The notes beneath the pieces were generated by a model. The model ran no database searches and had not been told where the DNA came from. It saw nothing but the letters and a program-made list of their open reading frames with translations. A stretch of DNA of 33,222 nucleotides from Actinomycetota bacterium (GTDB taxonomy: Bacteria; Actinomycetota; Actinomycetes; JAKEEW01), in assembly GCA_046725875.1 (NCBI GenBank), contig JBKOZJ010000057.1, positions 1 to 33,222 of the forward strand, in the 5' to 3' direction. Both the position numbers and the translations under genes were made by a program. Shown here in pieces: positions 9,434-18,565 of this stretch. The stretch's first letter is position 1. Each line of letters begins with the position of its first letter.

Positions 9434-10000
9434 TCAGGCGCCGAAGTGCACCACTGCGGTCCCGCAGCCCACGCTCTGAACCCAAACGTTCTGGAACCCC
9501 TGGATATCGGTGGCGATGTCTTCCGTCGAGACGATCATTTGAGCGGTGAACGACTCATCGTTCGCGTCGCCCGCTCGGTAGAAGTCCGCTTGGAGCACGA
9601 CGGTGTCGGCGTCGGTGCTGGCTGGCTTCAACGCCTCATCCGCGGAACCGGTGCACTTGAACACGGTGCTCCCAAGCAGCTCCTCGGCATCCCACCGGAC
9701 GCCCTCTCCCTGCAGGCACCCCCTCAGGAGTCCCGCACCCACGTCGGCGGTGCAGCTGAAGCCGCCGCCGGCGTGCACGGAACCGGCCGTGGAGTTTTGG
9801 TTGAAGGCCCCACCCCCGCTCAGGGCGACTGCTCCGGCGTTGCGGAATCCCGAGATGTCGCGGGCGTCGAAGCCGAAACCAACGGTGGATCCGGCTGCGG
9901 CGGCGGCCGAGACTCCCAGCACTGCCATGAGTGACACGGCGACAGCGGCGACCAACACGCGCAGTGGAGTCGTCGACCTGCTTCTGTTCCTGTCTTCCAT
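9434..10000 (-). CDS. Secreted hypothetical protein
   Basis: Signal-peptide-like N-terminus (LRVLVAAVAVSLMAVLGVSAAAA), four Cys, GAGGGAGGAG RBS. Confidence 0.8.
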   Translation of the reverse strand: MEDRNRSRSTTPLRVLVAAVAVSLMAVLGVSAAAAAGSTVGFGFDARDISGFRNAGAVALSGGGAFNQNSTAGSVHAGGGFSCTADVGAGLLRGCLQGEGVRWDAEELLGSTVFKCTGSADEALKPASTDADTVVLQADFYRAGDANDESFTAQMIVSTEDIATDIQGFQNVWVQSVGCGTAVVHFGA

Positions 10001-10398
10001 CGACCTTTTCTCCTCCCTCGACGGGTGTCATGGCCGACCGGTCGTTTGCAGGTGTACGGCCGATGGCTGCGCTCGGCCCAAACATCCTTCGCGGTGCATG
10101 GGCATCAATGCTTCGTTCGGTCGCCCGTACACCTCGGGGGGCTCGGACATCGGCAGCACTCATCTACGCGCGGGTGTTCGCCTCACGGCTGGTGTTGAAC
10201 GCTCAGTCCGGAGCAGCCCGATACAACGTGGATGCCTTCATCGAGCGCAGGGTCTCCTGGTGGTTTCGGATCGCGGAGGTGGGCCACCGGGCAGAGCCGC
10301 ACGGGCCTGTTGGCCGGACGGCGTCGGCCGGGCGATCACAACCCGCTTGACGACGTGATGGAAGTCCCTGTCAGCGTTGATCGTTCAGCGGAGGGGGC

Positions 10399-13224
10399 TC
10401 ATGTCGTGCCTTCGAGCGCGCGCGCGAGCTCCCGCCGCGACCGGATGTCCAGCTTGCGGTACGCATTGCTGAGGTGGACCTCGATCGTCTTCGGCGTCAC
10501 GTAGAGGGTCTGCGCGATGTCGCGGTTCGTCTGTCCTGCTGCGGCGAGATCTGCGACCCGGCGCTCGCTCGCCGTCAAGGCGCGGACCCCCCGGAGGGCG
10601 GTCGTCCGCGGACGGGCGCCTGTGACGTGGATCTCCGTGCGGACCGCGTCCACGAGTGGCTGCGCGCCGCAGATGTCGGCAAGCTCGAGCGCGCGCCGAA
10701 GCGGCTCGCGAGCCTCGGTTGGCTTGCCTGCACGTCGCAATGCGGCGCCGAGCGCGCCGAGCGCCTTCGCGTGCTCGAGCCGCGCCGGAGCCCCCTCGAG
10801 CAGGGCGCACGCCTCCTCGAGCAGCTCGATCCCGGCGGCACGCAGGATCGTTCCGAGCACGCGAAGCGAGCGCCCCACGGTGCCTGGGGATCCACAGCCG
10901 CGTGCGATCTCGAGCTCCTCGCCGGCCAGCGCGACCGCCTCGTCCTGCCGGCCGAGTCGGTCCAGCGCCTGTGCCTTGAGCGAACGCCACGGATAGTAGC
11001 GCGGGTGACACCTCCAGCCCGCGTGGAGCTCGTACGCGTCCGCGTATCCGAGCGCCTCCACGGGCCGCCCCTCCGCCAGGCACATCCGCATCCGCGCGCG
11101 ATCGAGGAGGGTCGCGAGGTCCGAGGTGGCATGCGTGAAACCGGCGTGTTCGAGGAGGGCGAGGGCCTCCCCTAGCGCGCCGCGTTCGAGGAGGACCTCT
11201 GCCAGGAAGGGCGAGGTCCACGGGGACGGCATGCCCCAAAGTCCCATCGTCTCGAGCGAGGCGCGCATCTCGGACTCGGCTTCTGCGAGCTCGCCACGCA
11301 GGTACTGGGTATAGCCACCCCACAGTTGGACGCTCCCGATCGTGAACACCGAGCCCTTGCGATAGGCCTCCGCGCGAACGTTTTCCCACCTCTCGACGGC
11401 CTCGTCGAGATCGGCGAGCGCTAGTGGGACGATGGCAGCTAGCGTCATGAGCTCATCCGCCGCGAGCAGCTCTCCGTCGTCGAGCGCGGCGCGCGCGAGC
11501 GCGCACACGCGGTCGGCAGGGCCGGCGCATTGAGTCCAGTTCGAGGCGGCGATCGCAGCAAGCGCCTTCGCGCCGACCCCACCGGAGGCATCGATCTCCC
11601 GGCGCTTGCGGAGCCGCGCGACTCGATCCCCGTGTGGTTTTGCGCCGAAGACGAGGGTTTGGAGCTCGACCGCCTCGAGGCGGCGGGCGAGGTCGTCAAG
11701 CTCGTGCGGAAGCTCGCGAGCGGCACGGGCGGCGACGTCGGCCGCCTGGTCTGGGGCGTCCAAGAACACGAGCGCACGTGCCAGGCCATGAGCCGCTTCG
11801 CCGCGGGCGGAAGGTTCGCGTGCGATCTCGTACGCGGCGCGATAATGCTCCGCCGCGCGCGGCAGCGAAGTGCTCATCTCGGCGGACGCGAGTTGGAGCA
11901 GGAGCTCAAGGCGAAGGTCTGATCGGGGCGGCTCGTCCAGGGCCCGCCGCAAGGCCGAGATCGCCGAGTCGAGGTCGCCCTTCGCGACTGCGGTGTTCGC
12001 AGCCGCGCGCAGGACGTCCACCACCCAGTCCTCACCGCCACCGGGGATGACGAGCAGTTGCGCGGCGATCTGCTCCTTCGGGGCGCCGAGCTCGACAAGA
12101 AGCCTGGCCGCGCGCTCGTGGTGCAGCTCGCGCTCCCCGGGTGCGAGGTCGGCGTGGATCGCCGCCTGCACGAGCGGATGCACGAAGCCGAGCGGCGGCT
12201 CAGGCCGGAGGATCTCCGCGTGCACGAGCTCGCGTGTTGCGGCAGCGACCGCGGACGGCTCGAGGTCTGCGAGCTCGGCCACGACGGGGAGCTGTGGGCC
12301 GTCACCGAGGACGGCGATCGCCCGTGCGACCTGGACGGCGTCCGCGGAAAGCCTCGTGAGCCGAAGCAGCACTGCCCTGGAGACAGCTCTCGGCCCCAGC
12401 TCGGCGATCGCGTCGATGTGCGCGGCGTCGGGTGGAATCTGATCGGCTGCGAGCGTCTTGAGGAGCTCCTCGAGGAGGAGAGGGTTGCCCGCGGTCGAGG
12501 AATGACACGCGTCGGCAAAGGCCGGCTCGACGCCTTCTCCCAGCCGGTCGCGTACGACTTCGGCGACGGCCGTTGCGGTGAGGAGTCGGGGCATGAGCAG
12601 CTGTGCCAGTGGGTCGCTCGTCAGCTCGCCGATCAAGGCTTGGTCGGCCCCCGGCTCGGAGCGCCGATAGCTGGCGACCAGAAGCACTGGAAGGTCCTCG
12701 AGCCGTTGAGCGAGGTAGGCGAGGAAGCGCAGCGAGGCGCGGTCGCACCAATGGAGGTCATCGACGACGAGGAGCACCGGTCGGTCCTGGCTCACGTTGG
12801 CAGTCAGCCAGTAGAGACCGTGAAGGGCCGCGAACCAGCCTTCGGCGAGGGGCTCGCCGGCCCGCTCGCCAGGCCTGTCGAACACCGGAGTAGCCGTCCC
12901 GGCCGCCCCCGACAGCAGATCCCAGCGCGCCGTCTCGTCGACGAGTAGCGACTCGAACATCTGGCGGACGATCCCGAACGGGAAGTCCCTCTCTAGCTCG
13001 CCACCGCGCGCGGCTAGCACACGCAACCCGCACTCGTCTGCGAGCGCCTTCGCGGCGGCCAACAGCCTGGACTTGCCGATCCCCGCGGGCCCCTCCACGA
13101 GCACGAGGCCCGCTGTTCCGTCCGCTACCGCGCCGACCGCGGCGCCGAGCGCCTCGAGCTCCCGCTCGCGCTCGAGCAGGCGTCCGCTCCCTGCTGGTCC
13201 GGTCGAACCCCCCCGCGGCCCCAC
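10399..13224 (-). CDS. Large ATP-binding regulator of the LuxR family (LAL; AAA ATPase + LuxR HTH)
   Basis: VEGPAGIGKSRLL Walker A, LVVDDLHWCD Walker B, GNPLLLEEL, C-terminal LTASERRVADLAAAGQTNRDIAQTLYVTPKTIEVHLSNAYRKL. Confidence 0.95.
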   Translation of the reverse strand: MGPRGGSTGPAGSGRLLERERELEALGAAVGAVADGTAGLVLVEGPAGIGKSRLLAAAKALADECGLRVLAARGGELERDFPFGIVRQMFESLLVDETARWDLLSGAAGTATPVFDRPGERAGEPLAEGWFAALHGLYWLTANVSQDRPVLLVVDDLHWCDRASLRFLAYLAQRLEDLPVLLVASYRRSEPGADQALIGELTSDPLAQLLMPRLLTATAVAEVVRDRLGEGVEPAFADACHSSTAGNPLLLEELLKTLAADQIPPDAAHIDAIAELGPRAVSRAVLLRLTRLSADAVQVARAIAVLGDGPQLPVVAELADLEPSAVAAATRELVHAEILRPEPPLGFVHPLVQAAIHADLAPGERELHHERAARLLVELGAPKEQIAAQLLVIPGGGEDWVVDVLRAAANTAVAKGDLDSAISALRRALDEPPRSDLRLELLLQLASAEMSTSLPRAAEHYRAAYEIAREPSARGEAAHGLARALVFLDAPDQAADVAARAARELPHELDDLARRLEAVELQTLVFGAKPHGDRVARLRKRREIDASGGVGAKALAAIAASNWTQCAGPADRVCALARAALDDGELLAADELMTLAAIVPLALADLDEAVERWENVRAEAYRKGSVFTIGSVQLWGGYTQYLRGELAEAESEMRASLETMGLWGMPSPWTSPFLAEVLLERGALGEALALLEHAGFTHATSDLATLLDRARMRMCLAEGRPVEALGYADAYELHAGWRCHPRYYPWRSLKAQALDRLGRQDEAVALAGEELEIARGCGSPGTVGRSLRVLGTILRAAGIELLEEACALLEGAPARLEHAKALGALGAALRRAGKPTEAREPLRRALELADICGAQPLVDAVRTEIHVTGARPRTTALRGVRALTASERRVADLAAAGQTNRDIAQTLYVTPKTIEVHLSNAYRKLDIRSRRELARALEGTT

Positions 13225-13351
13225 TCGCCAATCCTAGATCCCGCCAGACCGCGCTCGGGACACGCTAGGGGGTAGCAAGCTCGATCTTTGGGGTTGCGGC
13301 CTGGGGACTTCCTCGATGTGACCCCGGTGGATCCGGACCCATCCTGCGTGC

Positions 13352-14011
13352 ATGAGCACCTCGATGACGGTCCTCACGGATCCAAAGACGCCAGAGCCGT
13401 CTCCGGCCGCGGAGGGCAACCGCGCTGCGAGGCCGGGGGAAGCGGATGCCCGCCTGATGGCCGCACTCCTGCGGCGGGAACCCGCGGCCGCCGACGCGCT
13501 CTACGCTCGATACGCCTCCCGGATCTATGGCCTCGGTCTGGTGCTCCTCAAGGACAGGGCCGATGCCGAAGACCTCGTCCAGGACACCTTCCTCAAGGTC
13601 TGGCGTACGGGCTCGGCGTTCGATCCTCGACGGGGATCGCTCGACGTCTGGATCCTGCTGATTGCTCGCAGCCTCGCGATCGACCTCCTACGACGTCGAA
13701 CTGTGGAAACGAGGAGGCTGTCGTCCCTGTCGTCCGTCCCGGACGTAACGGTCGAGCCGGGCCCCGAGTGGCACGCGGAGCAGCGTGACCTGATCGAGCA
13801 CGTGCTCAAGGCGATCCACCGGCTTCCGCCACAGCAACGGTCCGCCGTGGCGCTCGCGTACCTCGGCGAACGGTCGTCCACCCAGGTGGCCAAGTCTCAG
13901 GGCATTCCTGCCGGCACGGTGAAGAACCGAATCCGGGCGGGGATAGCCACGCTCCGCCGGGCCCTTGGCCAGGAAGGCTCCAGGCGACCGCCGACGGGCC
14001 CCCTGTCATGA
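13352..14011 (+). CDS. ECF RNA polymerase sigma-70 factor (SigK-like)
   Basis: DAEDLVQDTFLKVWR region 2; LPPQQRSAVALAY...IPAGTVKNRIRAG region 4. Confidence 0.92.
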   Translation: MSTSMTVLTDPKTPEPSPAAEGNRAARPGEADARLMAALLRREPAAADALYARYASRIYGLGLVLLKDRADAEDLVQDTFLKVWRTGSAFDPRRGSLDVWILLIARSLAIDLLRRRTVETRRLSSLSSVPDVTVEPGPEWHAEQRDLIEHVLKAIHRLPPQQRSAVALAYLGERSSTQVAKSQGIPAGTVKNRIRAGIATLRRALGQEGSRRPPTGPLS

Positions 14012-14163
14012 CAGAGGTGACCTTGACCGCATGGGAGAACTCGCGGTCGATGTACCGCTGCGCCGGGACCGGGTGCAAGGACCCTAGCGATCTATCCCGG
14101 CGAGCTGGTGCGGTTCCGCCTGACCAGGGAGCCGCTGTGCAAGGACGGCGGGGAGTGGCCGCA

Positions 14164-14337
14164 ATGAGGCTCCGTCACCGTCTGCGCCGGTTCACGGCCC
14201 ACCGGTGGTTGCCGGTGTTGGCGAAGCCCGACCAGTTCGACTTCGCCGTGGTCGGCAGAGGGCGGTCCCGCGAAGCCGTCATCCAGCGCATGCTGGGCAT
14301 TCGACCGGAGCAGATCAGGACGTCCAAGCGTGGGTGA
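14164..14337 (+). CDS. Small hypothetical protein, translationally coupled to DUF3307 gene
   Basis: GGGGAG RBS at 14150-14155, ATG 14164, stop overlaps GTG 14330. Confidence 0.4.
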   Translation: MRLRHRLRRFTAHRWLPVLAKPDQFDFAVVGRGRSREAVIQRMLGIRPEQIRTSKRG

Positions 14338-14689
14338 TCTGTTCTTGCTCGTTCTCGCCGGGCACCTGCTTGGCGACTTCGTCACGCAAACCGACTGGCA
14401 GGCGTCCAACAAGGAGTCGAGCTGGCGGGCCGATCTCACTCACGTCCTCACCTACCATGTGACGCTGGCCGCGCTCGTCCTGCCCGTGTGGCACGACTTG
14501 CGTGCGGTGTGGTTCCTGGGGCTCTCGGCAGCCACCCACGCATTCGTCGACCGGAGATGGCCCACGAGGCTCATGCTCGGCTCCACGGGCAGCAAGGGCT
14601 TTGCCACGGCGTTGTGGGGAGTGATCGCCGCCGACCAGGCCCTCCACCTCAGCATCCTGGCGATCAGCTTCTACTGGTTGTCACGATGA
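14330..14689 (+). CDS. DUF3307-family membrane protein
   Basis: GHLLGDFVTQTDWQA, HVLTY, THAFVD, DQALH His/Asp pattern. Confidence 0.85.
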   Translation: MGDLFLLVLAGHLLGDFVTQTDWQASNKESSWRADLTHVLTYHVTLAALVLPVWHDLRAVWFLGLSAATHAFVDRRWPTRLMLGSTGSKGFATALWGVIAADQALHLSILAISFYWLSR

Positions 14690-14871
14690 GAAGAATCACC
14701 ATGCGTGGAGTTGGCGTCGTGAGACGTTCCTCGGCCACGAGTGGACTTGAGTGGAGCACTTTCGAACCTGGCAATTCGTTCAGCTCGTCCGAGCTGCGGC
14801 AGCGCATCCATCTGGACTGCCGACATGGCTGACCTTCTGGTATTCGGCCGGGCCCCCGCCCTCATGGGACG

Positions 14872-15861
14872 ATGCGGCGCGTGAAGGTTACGATCATCGA
14901 CGACTGGTTCGACACCCTGCGGGGGTTGTCGTGCTTCGACAAGCTCGCCGGCCACGAGGTCACGGTGTGGAACGACCACGTCGAGGACGCCGACGTGCTG
15001 GCCGAGAGGCTGCGGGACTGCGAGGCGCTCGTGTTGATCCGGGAGCGCTCGGCCATCCGTGCCCCGCTCCTCGAGCGGCTGCCGACGCTCAGGCTGATCA
15101 GCCAGCGAAGCGTATACCCGCACATCGATGTCGATGCGTGCACGCGGCTCGGGATTGTCGTGTCGTCGAACCTGCACTCGGACACGCCCTCGTATGCGGC
15201 CGCCGAGTTCACGTGGGGCCTCGTGCTCGCCGCGATGCGACAGATCCCACAACAGATGGCGTCGCTCCGAGCGGGGGCCTGGCAGATGGGCATCGGGAAC
15301 TCGCTTCGTGACAAGACCCTCGGGATCTTCGGCTACGGGCGGATCGGCTCGGTGGTTGCTGGGTACGGTCGTGCGTTCGGGATGCGCGTGCTCGTGTGTG
15401 CCCGCGAGGAGTCGCTGGTGCGGGCGCGTGCCGATGGGTACGAGCCGGCGGACAGCGAGGAGTCGTTGTTCGAGGAGTGCGACGTGCTGTCGCTCCACCT
15501 GCGGCTCGTTCCAGCGACGCGCGGCATCGTCACCGCGGCAAACCTCGCCCGAATGAAGCCCACGTCGCTGTTGGTGAACACGAGCCGCGCGGGGCTCGTC
15601 GAACCGGGTGCGCTGGTCTCGGGGCTCCGTGCGGGTCGCCCCGGCATGGCGGCCCTCGACGTGTTCGACGAGGAGCCGCTCCGCGATCCGTCACATCCCC
15701 TGTTGCAGATGGACAACGTCGTCGTCACGCCGCACATCGGGTACGTGACGAAGGACGAGCTCGACCTGCAGTTTTCGGACGTCTTCGACCAGATCAACGC
15801 CTACGCTTCCGGGACGCCAACCAACGTCGTGAACCCCGACGTCTTGGCGCACCGGCGATAA
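14872..15861 (+). CDS. D-isomer-specific 2-hydroxyacid dehydrogenase family protein (start may be GTG 14881)
   Basis: [37 protein letters not shown]. Confidence 0.95.
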   Translation: MRRVKVTIIDDWFDTLRGLSCFDKLAGHEVTVWNDHVEDADVLAERLRDCEALVLIRERSAIRAPLLERLPTLRLISQRSVYPHIDVDACTRLGIVVSSNLHSDTPSYAAAEFTWGLVLAAMRQIPQQMASLRAGAWQMGIGNSLRDKTLGIFGYGRIGSVVAGYGRAFGMRVLVCAREESLVRARADGYEPADSEESLFEECDVLSLHLRLVPATRGIVTAANLARMKPTSLLVNTSRAGLVEPGALVSGLRAGRPGMAALDVFDEEPLRDPSHPLLQMDNVVVTPHIGYVTKDELDLQFSDVFDQINAYASGTPTNVVNPDVLAHRR

Positions 15862-16053
15862 GGATCAGTCGCCCGGGGGAGTCGAACCCTGAGCAGTTCC
15901 GGGTCGATCGCGGTACGCATGCGACACCGTTTCGGTTCAGCCAGATGGCTATGAGCTTTCTCGCACGCTTCCGGTGGGCGCCGGCCGGCTCACCGCCGTA
16001 CTCCTTGTGGGGCCGCGCACCGGTGTCGGCCGCAGATCCGGAAGGACATCACC

Positions 16054-17004
16054 ATGACTAGCAGCACAAAACGGCGCCTGGCGCGCGGCATCGGCGCCGC
16101 TGTCGCCGGGGCCGCCTCGGTCGCCACGCTTAGTACTAGCGCGGCGTCCGCGAGCAGCAACGTGACACCGCCGACGGGGATCACCGTGCCGGCCGTCGCG
16201 ACCAGAGCATCCACCGTCTTGATCGCGAGCCTGGAGGGCCGCAACGAGCTGACGGCCGGCGATCCGGACGGGCAGGCCCTGGAACTCATCGGCATCCAGG
16301 ACAACTCGCTGACGTACTCGGTCGCGTGGCGCGGCATTGGCACCCCGACGGCTGCGGAGATCCACGCCGGAGCTCGCGGAGTCGACGGCCCGGTCGTCGT
16401 GCCGTTGTTCGCCACCCCGCGTCCAGCGGGTGGGTTCGCGTCCGGCACTGTGACGGTCACCGATTCGACCCTGCTTTCCGCGTTGCGCTCCGACCCGAGC
16501 GGCTTCTACGCAGACCTGCACACCGACGTGTTCCCGAACGGCGCGGCGCGTGCCCAGCTACACCTGCTTAGCCACCCGGTCGCCACGAGCGGAGTGGCGG
16601 CATTGCAGGAATCGGTGATCTTCGGCAGCCAGATCTACGCGTGCACCGCGCAGCCCGACGGCTCGTTCGCCTTCACCCAGCACAACGTCGAGGCACGCCT
16701 CGACGGTGGCATCCACCACACCTTCGTCCAGCCGGACGCCGGCCCGCCACAGTGGCAAGCACCCGACGGCAGCGCGGTCAGCGGCAAGGTCGTTGCCAAG
16801 AACGACAACGGTGCGGGCAACATCGCCGAGCTGAACCTCGACGCCACCCAGATCGGCGCCGCCACCGGACTGCTCGCACACGTCGTCGAGGTGCTCCGCC
16901 TCAACACGCTTGGCGGCGTCGCCCCGGCCGGGTCTTGCGATCCGCAAGCCACGCCCACGGTGGCGGTCCCGTACCAGGCCGACTACGTGTTCATCAACGG
17001 CTAG
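16054..17004 (+). CDS. Secreted CHRD-domain + DUF3455-like protein
   Basis: KRRL signal peptide; AGDPDG, AAEIHAGARGVDGPVVV, FYADLHTDVFPNGAARAQL (CHRD); GSQIYAC, VLRLNTLGGVAP, VPYQADYVF (DUF3455-like). Confidence 0.85.
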   Translation: MTSSTKRRLARGIGAAVAGAASVATLSTSAASASSNVTPPTGITVPAVATRASTVLIASLEGRNELTAGDPDGQALELIGIQDNSLTYSVAWRGIGTPTAAEIHAGARGVDGPVVVPLFATPRPAGGFASGTVTVTDSTLLSALRSDPSGFYADLHTDVFPNGAARAQLHLLSHPVATSGVAALQESVIFGSQIYACTAQPDGSFAFTQHNVEARLDGGIHHTFVQPDAGPPQWQAPDGSAVSGKVVAKNDNGAGNIAELNLDATQIGAATGLLAHVVEVLRLNTLGGVAPAGSCDPQATPTVAVPYQADYVFING

Positions 17005-17059
17005 CTCCATCGATCTGAGGAAATCGCCACGTGCTGTGATGTGGCGTTGTGATCGGCAG

Positions 17060-17093
17060 GATGGCCTCGATCCCGGCCAGGATCGAGGCCATC
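17060..17093. terminator. Perfect 14-bp hairpin between convergent genes
   Basis: GATGGCCTCGATCC-N6-GGATCGAGGCCATC. Confidence 0.7.
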
Positions 17094-17198
17094 GCCATCA
17101 ACGGGTGGGGCTATGCGGTGTGTGAGCGGTCTCGAGCCGGTCCGGATGAGCCCAATCGAGTCCCGGGCATGCTGCCACGGCGCGCGAAGATCACTCGG

Positions 17199-17627
17199 TC
17201 ATCTGAACCGCTTCACCAGGTGAATCTGGTCGTGCCCGCGCGGATAGCCCGGTGTGCGGCCGCATTGGGTATAGCCGAAGCGGGCGTAGAAGCCCGGTGC
17301 CTGAAAGGAGTGGGTACTCAAGGCCACCTGGTCGCAGCCACGGCGCTGCATTTCCTGCTCCGCCGCGACCAGCAGCCGGGTGCCCAGGCCAGACCCGCGA
17401 TCATCCGGCCGTACCCACAGAAACTCGATGTAGCCACATCCGCCCCACGTCCACCCCGACAGACCCGCCCGCAGTTCACCGCCGTCTCCGCGAACGGCAA
17501 TGCCCAGCAGCCGACCGTCGGCATGACCGGTCGCCGCGACATTGAAGGCGTAGATCTCCTCGTCGAGACGTTCCCGAAGGCCGTCGTCGACATCACTCAC
17601 CATCAGCGCAACTTCATCCATCTTCAT
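17199..17627 (-). CDS. GNAT family N-acetyltransferase
   Basis: YIEFLWVRPDDRGSGLGTRLL, STHSFQAPGFYARFGY. Confidence 0.92.
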   Translation of the reverse strand: MKMDEVALMVSDVDDGLRERLDEEIYAFNVAATGHADGRLLGIAVRGDGGELRAGLSGWTWGGCGYIEFLWVRPDDRGSGLGTRLLVAAEQEMQRRGCDQVALSTHSFQAPGFYARFGYTQCGRTPGYPRGHDQIHLVKRFR

Positions 17628-17789
17628 CTGCTGTCCTTTTCCTCCGGCGGGGCGGAAATCTGGTGCGGCGGCGAACCGTCGCCGCGCTGTTTCGCTTACC
17701 CCCTGTATGCGTCCACGGCGGCGCGAGTGTTACCTCGTCACGGCACATAGATGACGGAGATGGGTGGCTCGGGCGCCCTGAGGCGGACG

Positions 17790-17980
17790 GGCGCGAGGCT
17801 GCCGTCGGTGCGGGTCCGTGCCGGGCGCCGTGCGTGGTGGAGCAGCATGAGCGCGAGCTGGCCCGCGACCTCCTCGTGGTTGGTCTTGGCCGCCAGTTGG
17901 CGGGTGAGCCGGATCGCTTCGGCGGCCAGGTCGACATCGCCGGAGTAGCCTTCGTTGAAGACCAGGTAGAGCACGCGCAG
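17790..17980 (-). pseudogene. Internal fragment of an ECF sigma factor C-terminal extension (DUF6596-type)
   Basis: LRVLYLVFNEGYSGDVDLAAEAIRLTRQL...EVAGQLALMLLHHARRPART; no N- or C-terminus. Confidence 0.75.
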
Positions 17981-18026
17981 CTCGAAGTGTGCTGTCTGAC
18001 ATGCCCAAACGTCGGTGTCGGCCGCG

Positions 18027-18114
18027 TGGCGGAGGATGCGGGATTCGAACCCGCGAGGGCGTTAACCCAACACGCTTTCCAAGCGTGCGCCCTAGGCCAC
18101 TAGGCGAATCCTCC
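18027..18114 (-). tRNA. tRNA-Ser (anticodon GGA)
   Basis: GGAGGATTCGCCTAGTGGCCTAGGGCGCACGCTTGGAAAGCGTGTTGGGTTAACGCCCTCGCGGGTTCGAATCCCGCATCCTCCGCCA: cloverleaf, long variable arm, encoded CCA; TACCCT -10-like at 18122-18127. Confidence 0.97.
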
Positions 18115-18225
18115 GCGGGCCAGGGTACCCGAGCCAAAGTCAAGACGATTCCGCACAGCCCGCGATCAAGCAGGTACACCGGGCATTGTGAGCGTGGCAG
18201 GACACGAAGCAGGGTCCGCACCTAG

Positions 18226-18352
18226 CGTGATCACCGGCGGTGATCTGCGCGAACATTCGGCTTGATCACTGGCAGCTAAGGGCCAGATTCCGACCCGTCC
18301 TTTGCCGGTAATCAAGGGATCTTGGGCTTACCGGCTGGCGGCAGTGATCACG
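18226..18352. repeat. Nested palindromic element (four TGATCAC-type units, >><<)
   Basis: CGTGATCACCGGCGG 18226, CTTGATCACTGGCAG 18261, inverted copies ending 18316 and 18352. Confidence 0.6.
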
Positions 18353-18422
18353 GTGCGAAGCAGGGTGACAGCGGCGGTGTCCGGATTCGGGGGCTGGCCG
18401 GCTCGCGGGTAGACTCTTGCGA

Positions 18423-18508
18423 GACCCCTCGGCGGTGCTATCTCACCCAACTCCCCCAGGGCCGGAAGGCAGCAAGGGTAAGTGAGCTCTGGCAGGTGCT
18501 GAGGGGTC
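18423..18508 (+). ncRNA. ffs: Signal recognition particle RNA (4.5S)
   Basis: Domain IV motif CAGGGCCGGAAGGCAGC, terminal stem GACCCCTC/GAGGGGTC, TAGACT -10 at 18410-18415, location upstream of dnaX. Confidence 0.93.
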
Positions 18509-18553
18509 GCCTCCATCTTCCAGCGATCACATCGTCGTGTCGGCGCCGAGCGT

Positions 18554-18559
18554 TAGGGT
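18554..18559 (+). promoter_or_regulatory. -10 box consistent with a leaderless dnaX transcript
   Basis: TAGGGT 6 nt before GTG 18566; no SD. Confidence 0.55.
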
Positions 18560-18565
18560 CGTCCT

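Larger units (their letters stand above)
8104..18026. mobile_element. tRNA-Ser-integrated island unit (~10 kb), both ends eroded, no integrase
   Basis: Bounded by att copy 8043-8103 and the intact tRNA; truncated genes at both ends. Confidence 0.7.

Noticed and set aside
15868..15893. tRNA T-arm-like fragment GGGTTCGACTCCCCCGGGCG (minus)
   Set aside because: Only 3 bp of T-stem and no matching tRNA in the window; could be chance
16902..16912. CAACACGCTT match to the att core
   Set aside because: Short, inside coding sequence (LNTLG), and lacks the flanking motifs
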